From Catajapyx aquilonaris (taxonomy: Eukaryota), in the NCBI GenBank assembly GCA_000934665.2, contig JYFJ02001981.1, forward strand, positions 62,001-119,893: DNA of 57,893 nucleotides, read 5' to 3'. Within the stretch, counting starts at the first letter, position 1. Each line of letters starts with the position of its first letter. The notes under the pieces are model-generated. The model made no database searches and was not told the DNA's origin. It worked only from the letters and a program-made list of their open reading frames with translations. The position numbers were made by a program, and so were the translations under genes. Of the stretch, positions 49,365 to 57,893 are shown piece after piece.

Positions 49365-52300
49365 TTAGTATAACATTATGGCTCCATTGGACTTTTCTTC
49401 CAATTTGGGCTTTGCCAGTCGTTGCTCTTTTCTCTCATGTGTGGCCACAAAAATCAATGTGATGTTCAAAAGGTGAACCAAAACAGCTCCAACAACAAAC
49501 CTGAAAATAAATGAATAACATATCATAATGATTCATTATTTGTCCACAACATTTCCTGCCAGTATAGACATCCAGTTATACAGGCTTTGGTTTATGTCCC
49601 ATTGACTGCAGCACTAATCGTTAGAAGGTAGAGTTCTGCAATTAAATTCTGAATTCCCCATGACCTTAATTAAGCCCAAGGGAAGAAGCATGATTTTAAG
49701 ACATGCTTGAATGGTGCTTTTCTTGCACGTTTTGTCTGAGCAGGAAGCATAACCTCCCCCCGCCTCTGCCCTCCCCTTGTATTGTTTGCCTGATTGATGC
49801 CTTTGTTTCACTCTTGGGAATTGGGTGAGCCTTTCCGCCTCTTTTTTTTCGTATACCTGTACATAGTACAAGACGAACTTATTTTATAATGCTACTTTTA
49901 TGGTGTAGTGAGGTCATTGTCATAATGTTTAATTACCAGAAAGAATAGCCCAACACGGCAAGATCCTCTGACGTCCACTGATTCAGTCGATCCTCTTCAC
50001 TTAGAATGTTATATTTTAACCTCAGGTGGAATTGGGCAGCCCACGTAGCAACTCCAATGAAGTCCAGCAATGCTGAAAATAAATTTGAAGGACATGTAGG
50101 CTATTACTTGCACTGGCATTAGTGGCATATAATGGCCATCAGAACGGGTGGTGAGATATTTACAAATTCATGTCATATTTAAAAGATCAAGATATATTAC
50201 TGTAAAAAAAACACCTTTTTGAAGCATTTTATGACTTCATAATTTCAAGAGAATGTTAACATTTTAATTCAACTTGACTTTCTGCTTTTCACCCGACATG
50301 CCAGGGCAGAATTGCACTCCCTATCTGCCCGGGGCCAGCAGAAAAGGCCTGATGTTTTTCACAAGTCAGAAATGACTCACAAATTACAGCGCCCTCCCTA
50401 GGGAACCTCCCCCTTCCCCCCTAAGAGAGCCACTGGCTCCATGACTGGCTCTATCACGGGTTTTTAAAAAAAAAACACACACAAAAAAAATCAACTTGAC
50501 CATTCAAATTATTCAATGCAGAATGCATTGCTGACCCTGATATTATGTTTAATGATGTTTAAGAAATTTTTATTTCATTCTTTAAACCAATTAGCCTAAA
50601 TATATTTAAAACCCTTACAGGCAGATAAGTATGCTGAATTCTGAATAGCAAACTCTCTCTCTGTAGTAGTAAGTTATGGCATACCATAGTTATCGCAAAG
50701 TTATAGCAATTTTCGCCCATAGCTGTTTTCATTTTGCACCCTGAGGTACCCAATTATATTCAGCTGCTCAATTCGACCACACCAGGGTAAAGTTTGGCCC
50801 CTCCATAGGGGTGCAAAGAGGTACAGAAAAATACCAACTTCCAGTGAAACAATAACTAAAAGGACCCAATCCTTGGTGTAAAAATATTGTACGGTACCGG
50901 TACCACTCGTACCAGTGAAAAGAAAGTATTGTATTTATGCAATACCATCCCTGGCATTCTCCCGAAATCACTATTTCAAAAGAATGTTCTTGAATTGCAC
51001 TACTCTCTCCTCCATCACCTCTGTGCGAATGCCAATTATACTTGCATTGCAAATTTAAATATCTAGCTTATTTAAATTTTTATCACTTCAACAATGCTGC
51101 TCCTCACCAGATAAAAGGAAAAATATTGAAGCCACTCTCGTTTTAGATATGTAAGAGTATGTAAGAGTCGCACAATCCTGATTATGATCAGCAGCAACCT
51201 ACACTCTTTGTGGAACAACTGAATTTTTAAAAAGTAGTTCGATTTCAGAGATTGCTCTCTCTAGGTTACATGTATTTAAAAAATCGGGTCTTGTTTTGAA
51301 GATTTACTTCAAGTCAGCAATAAAGCAAATCAAAACAATGGAACCCATTTTACAACTTTATTAAGCTATTGTAGGTTCTCGACCTGTTTTATGCAAATGA
51401 TGTCAAATATTCATTGTACGGAAGAAAAACACAGGCAGGAAACCTAAGCTCTGCACTGCAACACTTCAAGGAAGGTCCACTGCCTCATTGCAGGCATAAC
51501 GAGGTGATACACGAATGAGCGCCAGAGTGGGGGAGGTTTTCCTTTTTTTGAGGTTGTTACCCACCTGCAAGAACATTCCAAGCGTAGAGTCCTGGAATGC
51601 CGGTGACAGCCTCCACTGGATTGGTGGCTGCGTTAAGCACTGCAAAGATAGCTGCTACCACAGCCAGAAGCAATCCTCCTCCCACACAGGCAATGGTAGC
51701 TGACCACAACCCAATGTCCAGAAGGCCACTCTCTTCTTGTACTAGAGCCACCACTAAACAGAGACCAAAAAATTGTTAAAAATAAATGACTATCCTGTAA
51801 TAACAGTATTCGGCACATGAGTTTATTGTCCATTGGACAAAAAAAAGAGGTTTTCTTTTAACAGGGGTTTTGACTGTACTGTTACTCGGACTCAAACATT
51901 TAATGGGTTAGCAGGGTGCTGAAAAGTAAAGCACAGCAGGCAACAGTTACATTCGCAGTTATGTTCATAATATTATTCTGAGACCAACCGCGTCTGTGAC
52001 AGTGAGATATTTTGGGTCAGAGTCCAACTGCTGAATGGAATCTCCCGCATTATTATGCATGAGCAATCTGTACGATCTGATATTGGCAAGCATGTCAAGG
52101 CCGCATCAAAACACACCCTGTAATAATTATATCAGGTACTGCACAGTTTCCAATATGAGGGAAAAAAAAGCCCTTATCTCAAACCAAGGTCATCAAGATT
52201 CGGGCTGCTGCGCCTTTCTCCTCAAGATCAAGCTGCAGCTGACTGCATCTACATTTGCATTTTGAATAATCTCAGCTCTCTTCAGCCTTTCAAATGACTC

Positions 52301-53938
52301 TTATTTTTGTTGTCTGCCCACACATATGTGATACACTTTCACCAAATTTGCATTCGCAAAAATATGACTGACATACTGGCATATATAGGGCACCTTTTGA
52401 TATTTTGACCCCCATAATGGAAGAGGGCGTACAATAACGAGGGATTAGTTTCACGAACTATTTTGCATGCCAGAACAGACCCTAAAAAGAGGAATGACAT
52501 CCGCGTAGCAAATCTGAGTGAATTCCAAGCCTGACAGGAAGAGGCAGGTGCCCTCCCCACCTCAACCTGAAGCCACTCAGGTGTGGACGCGGCCGTTGGA
52601 AATAAAAACGCGTCTTTTTTACATACTCCATTTACAACACACTTGAAAGTACAAACATCTTTTCTTAGTCATGCTACGCAGCATCTTCCTGATTCCCATC
52701 TTGGAATTAAACTTCCTGAAATGCGTCGGGCGTCAACAATAGGAATGTGGTACTTCCAAGCGTAGCAACCTTCCTCTCGACTATACTAAGAAGAAGTTCT
52801 ACTTTCGCCTAGAAGCCCCCCAGGAAGTCATTTAAATTTGTAATAATTATTCCGTCTGAGGCAGCAGGTGCTGCACCACTGCTCCCATTCCCGTTCGAAT
52901 GTCTACGCAATCGCGATCTGAAATGCGCCTCATCGGAATCTACCTGGAATGGTTCCCAAGAGAGCTGTCGTTGGACCAGTCCTTGAGAATTCCTCTCGAG
53001 AGTCAGGAAATTCAACTCTCAGTTTGGTTAAGGCACAGTTAAGTTTTCCTGGCTCGCTTTCTTCTCTTCGAAAATAATGCGTTATAAACCCGCCAGCAAG
53101 TACTGTATATTATTGGATGCCACAGTATGAATGGCGATGCTGAACAAAAATGACAGTTAGTTGGTTAAAATATGACATATTTTTGCCGGTACGACGCATG
53201 CACGTTCGTGATGTGCATTGTAAATATTTGCAGAGACTTTTCTCATCATTATTCTAGCAGAAACTTATGACTCATCTTTGTGTGTACTTATATAACGTAC
53301 ACTCGTCCTTATAAATGCTTTTCATATTTTTACATATGGCAATAAGTGATGGCAAAATGAGTATTCAGTGCGTGTGAAAGAAAGCCATTGTTGCCTCTTA
53401 TTTGCTCTACCGATCAAACTCTCTGACCCGGGAAAGTACTTTCCACCGTGCACGCTTGTTGTCTGAGCTTGTTTTTTTTTTCTTCTCTTCCTTCGGCAAC
53501 TCCACTTTTCCCAGGAGTTACGTGCAAGCTTCCACAGGTGAGTTAATGGAAATCTGGCTCATTTTCTCCCCCGACTCAGAATGCGTGTCACCCTCATCAC
53601 CTCAATCACTGACGTCACGCCCGTCTGAGTTGGCCGCTCGAGTCTACAAACGGTTCTTCTGGTCATCATTATGCGGTGGATTCCTCAACAACAATGCTAC
53701 TTATAGGTCGTAAATTACCGTCGATGTCTCTTGCCCTCCAGCCGTAGGCGACGTTGAGCTCCTTCCGGCCTCTGAAGAGTCCTAGGTGTAGACGGCCATC
53801 TGAATCGTGAGGGTTTGGTACCCTGAGGGCCCTGGCAGCCACCCAATGTTGGGTGGACAGGGCAGCGGCGGTCAAAGCGGCGGCTAGACAGGAGGCCACG
53901 AAGGTCAAGAAGAGAAGACCTCTTCTTCCAACCTCCAT
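49365..53938 (-). CDS. Clarin family four-TM protein (canonical clarin-2/3-like), 226 aa, 4 exons (53938-53719, 51753-51565, 50072-49937, 49500-49365)
   Basis: TM1 followed by LSTQHWV...HLGLFRGRKELNVAYGWR; NAATNPVEAVTGIPGLYAWN; LGYSFWFVVGAVLVHLLN; C-terminal GAIMLY*. These are clarin signatures. Vertebrate paralog identity cannot be assigned. Confidence 0.9.
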
Positions 53939-54685
53939 GGTTGTCTTGCGGTGGTGTCCCTCCAATAAATTCACCAAATTTCACTTAAACACGAGCACAA
54001 ACACAGGAGGAGCCATCACAGACGACGACCCCGCCCGATGGTACTAACTCCGCTGGTGGTCGCTGCGGGTCTGCGGTTAGCTGATCCTCCGCGGGCAATG
54101 CAGCTGCTGGGATGGACTTGTAGGACGGACTTACCTCTGGCGCCATCTCTTGCTTCAAGGAGAGTCGAGCTCATTGCTGCTGGATGAAGACCACGGTTGT
54201 TGACCTGTACTGACATCCCGTATGTTTCCTGTGGGGGCCTACAACTGCTCGTGGTTGTTCTACGGTGGTTTTACATATACCTTGCTGTATAAAAAATTTA
54301 ATGACATATCAGAACTGGGCAAGGAGTGCAGGATATATGATTGGAAGACCATCTGCTATCATGTCAATAATGGAGACCATCTGGCACGGTCCCGCAAAAA
54401 TAGTCCTTCTCAACATCCCCCTTTTCTCTTGGTTAGTAGATTAGGTTACCCCTTTTTGAGACTATATGGACCAAAAGAAGTTGAACTAAGAAACTCAAAG
54501 AAATGGTTGTTGTCATTCAGTGAATGGCCAATTATTATTATAGGTTTTGGTGTGAACGCGATGTGACGACAAAACATTTTCATTCTTGGCCAGCCCGATC
54601 GAGAAAATTGCAACAAGGGCGTTTTGTAAACATTGTCAATGTTATAGATACACAGGCACATACCGCCAGATCATATGGGCATAGT

Positions 54686-55892
54686 TTAAAACAGCATAAT
54701 GGTACCAGTAGTGGGTACTTCTTCCATAATTTTTTGAGCTCTTCGAATACGCCTCTCAAGAAGATAGTCTCTGAGCACCAAACACACAACTGATGCTATG
54801 TGAATGAGCATGCCCCCAAATACCAACCTGAAATGTAAAATAGCACTTATAAAATATTACTACGCCTCACTATGTAAGATTACTGAGTAAATCGAGGTAC
54901 AAAATAATGTCGCGTGTTGGCAAAGGAAATGGCAGGATATTACTCTGAAGGATATTGTGCTCAATGTTACGGAATCACTACAAACACTTACCAATATGAA
55001 AATCCCAGAGAGACTCCATGGTTTAAATTGTACACTTCAGTCAGAACGTCTCTGAGTGGCGGCATTTCAGACATGCGAGATCCGAAGATTCCTCCCCATA
55101 TACAGATGGCCAAAAGAAGAGCCACTGCCGCTAATCCATGATATATCTTCACTCCTGTTAATCCTGCCCAGGTGGAGATGGGTGTTGTTGCTATGTTTGT
55201 GACTCCTACAACAACTGCCATCCCTGCAAAAGCAAGGCCCACTGCCAAAAAGACCCCAGTCATCAACCAAGCCCCAAAATTCATCAAGTGTTCTTTAGCT
55301 TTTTTCTCGTCAACCGTGCTGCTGTTTCGCTGATTAAATTCCATGTGGTATTCTGAAAATATCGATTTCTGTGAGTTTTCATAAAGACTTTTTAGTCAGT
55401 TGCAGTACCTGCATCTTCACGCCCTTGTATGGGCAGGCTCCTTCGTTTTCTTTCAGTTGATTTGCTGTTGGAGCAAATGAAGTCCTGATCAACACTACCG
55501 CTGTTAAGATCTACAAAACTTTGCAGATCTTTCTGGCGTCTGTCAGGATTTGTACCGCAGCTGAACATGCAGACATTTTCGCCCACGTCGCATACCACTG
55601 CAAAACACAACACTTTAAAACGTACAGTTCTCATGTCACTAAGATATGTACGGTACGTACAGTAAATGCTCTGATTATATGCTCCAGAAGGGCCGACATG
55701 TAGGATTTTTGCGCCTCCAAACAACCCGAAATATGTTGTTAGGATGTTAGATACGGATTGGTTGGCATAGGTTGGACCACTTCCAAGGACCCATTGTTCT
55801 GTCCCTATAGATATACACACTAGCACTATAGAAATGCATCCACAGGCAATGGACGCCACCACTAGCTCTTTCATTTGTGCCTTAGCTACCAT
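54686..55892 (-). CDS. Divergent clarin-like four-TM protein with Cys-rich extracellular insertion, 307 aa, 4 coding exons (55892-55661, 55597-55409, 55352-54992, 54827-54686)
   Basis: IGTEQWV...YFGLFGG; NIATTPISTWAGLTGVKIYH; LGFSYWLVFGGMLIHI; C-terminal GTIMLF*. The phase-1 first intron and the phase-2 intron inside the W codon match the neighbouring clarin. Confidence 0.85.
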
Positions 55893-56532
55893 TTTCGAGG
55901 AATGAACCTTTCCTGATCCGTCACTATAAGGAAAACGCTTGTGCCGCACAGCAAGGTACAGTCTGAACAAAAAAAAAGAGTTGTTAGATTGTAAAGTAAC
56001 CTGCACATACAATCTTATCTTTTCATGCTGTAAATGCGTGAAATAATTGTAACGCGGCGGTATTGCGTCTCAATTTATGTTTAGAAATATTTTCAGAAAT
56101 TTTACATGAAATAGGGTGATTGGTGTTGTGCATTGACGTACGCTGCCTCAACTGTACTTTTCTCTAATCTTTTGATTGATATGATATCACTTGCGCACTC
56201 TATAGGCCGGAGGCACTTGTGGGCCACCACACTGATTAGAGTCCAGTATGTGTGCAGTTGCAGAATTTTACTCGTCGCAGTATCCGGCATACGTCATTAA
56301 TTTTCCGCATTTGTGTCATTATGATTACGCGCACATACAGTATGTCATGAACGTCAAAAATGCATGTTTTGGCATAATTAGCCATGAGCCTACTCATTTA
56401 AAGTGTTTAGGTGGCCGTTAAGTGAATCTTCAAAAAGCAGGAGTCAAAATACGCGGGGTTGTTGGCATCACTGTGTAGCTGCCATTGTCTGTTCTCTGTT
56501 GGCACCACTGCCGTGCGGCGTACAAATCAAAG

Positions 56533-57331
56533 ATGGCGGCCACTCAACAGAGTGAGTATTTTCGATTTCCCAAGATATTTGCATTGGTTTGCCGTACCTG
56601 AGGATTAATTTTGCACCCAAACTGTCAGAAAACCAATAGTAGACATGCGTGGGATGCATTGAACAACAAACACGCGACCTATAAGTTGCACAGCCTTTGG
56701 AAATTGCAATGCATCGTAGCGCTTCATAAACTACCTTGAAGGTTTTATCCGGGAATATATTGACCTGATTCGATGGGAATTAAACTTTGCTGCACATATT
56801 AAGGCTGCTGGGGCGTCGTGGTTGTTTGGCTGCAATTGAAGTTTCATAATTCATGTTGTAGTAATGTATTTATGCATTTCATAATAATCCTTGCCCTTTT
56901 AAATTGACCAAATAGTCAGAAACATGATAGCATTATCACATACTCCAGTCGACATTATTTTGAGGGACCAACTGTATATAAACACACATGTTAATTGACA
57001 TGCGTAAAATTTTGCCTCACATTTTTTCCAGCCCTGATGCTGAAGCAGGCCCAGATTGACACATGGTCAGTGAAGGAGCAACTTTGTTTGGGCTCATCAG
57101 TTCTGAGAAGTGGCGACCAGAACTGGGTGTCTGTCAGTCGCCCAATGAGAGGTTTTGGAGAGCCTGATCGTCCACTGGATTGGTTCTCGCAGAAGAATTG
57201 CGCCCTGCAGTACAATGCTCTTCTGGATAAGGTGGAAATGCCAAAGAGGAAGAGGGGTGGGGACAAGGCAGGGGGCGAGTTGCAGCACCTGGACACTCCT
57301 GGAGAGCATATCGTTAGGAAGCTTACATATG
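56533..57331 (+). CDS. BRD8: Bromodomain-containing protein 8, first two coding exons (56533-56551, 57032-57331); gene runs off the window
   Basis: MAATQQ|TLMLKQAQIDTWSVKEQLCLGSSVLRSGDQNWVSVSRPMRGFGEPDRPLDWFSQKNCALQYNALL...PKRKRG...IVRKLT matches the conserved BRD8 N-terminus. GTGAGT and TTCCAG splice sites; YY1-type AAGATGGCGGC over the ATG. Confidence 0.92.
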
Positions 57332-57893
57332 GTAGTATCCTCTTTCTTTCAAATTCATATTGTAGTGTCCCATGACTAGACGTAAGAGACACCACGACTC
57401 CACAAGTAATAAGTCTCTGGACAGCTTTCAGATTCAGACTGAATTCTCCAATGAGGTACATACAAAGAGTTCTGCTATATTATATATATATATACACCTA
57501 GAGGAGGTACTCGGCCTGAAATGTGAGGCAGGCAACAATGCAGGCAACAATATGACCTTCAACAAGATGGCGGCTGCCTGACATTATTGAACTAATTGTC
57601 GCCCAGTTGTCATTATTGGTTGTTGTCCCAGTTGCTAGACAACTGTTAGAACCAAAGTATATAGAATTCACCAGGTAGGGCGCTCCGAGCGCTAGCCAAT
57701 CAGCGAAGAGGGGGGTGATGACGCGTCGAGAAAGCAAAATGTGGCGGGCCATTTGAATTTCAGGCTCTCCGCATGGGAAAGCTTCGCTCGCGCCTCCCCT
57801 TCTCGTCCAGAATAGAGTAGACGCTCCCCTCCCGTTTACGAGCAAGCGCAGAAGTGAAACCACCCGCTCTGAGGGGGGATCACGTGACTTAGG

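Noticed and set aside
52809..53713. Coding-looking stretches in clarin intron 1 (possible nested gene or pseudogene)
   Set aside because: Frames are interrupted by stops, with no recognisable homology and no consistent exon chain.
57480..57893. (TA)n followed by a GC-rich segment with an AAGATGGCGGC motif in BRD8 intron 2, and a 121-aa minus ORF
   Set aside because: Possibly the start of another repeat element, but it is truncated by the window edge; no TIR partner or homology visible.

Overview
Eukaryotic, intron-containing animal genomic DNA, most consistent with an arthropod (short GT-AG introns, many DNA-transposon MITEs); the species cannot be determined from sequence alone. From ~21 kb onward it is a compact block of recognisable genes whose exons I reconstructed by hand from splice sites and reading-frame phase: PRADC1 (-), a secreted two-FAS1-domain TGFBI/periostin-like gene (+), TTC1 (+), eIF3a (-, 14 coding exons, ~1397 aa), DENND10/FAM45A (+), two tandem clarin genes (-) and the 5' end of BRD8 (+). 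The first ~20 kb is gene-poor but holds two spliced, TATA-driven orphan genes for secreted proteins that the ORF track shows only in part: a 120-aa protein (7783-8917, -) and a 267-aa Tyr/Gly/Pro/Arg-rich protein with acidic blocks and a C-terminal Cys hairpin (16409-18177, +). Introns and intergenic DNA carry about 12 non-autonomous DNA-transposon elements, including two foldback elements built from inverted copies of one end of a Tc1/mariner transposase. Most notable: the two orphan secreted genes, the eIF3a-DENND10 head-to-head pair (also adjacent and divergent in human, from memory), a divergent clarin with a Cys-rich RKRR-containing loop insertion, and an 11x RERDLPP repeat in eIF3a. No CRISPR array, rRNA or tRNA was seen.
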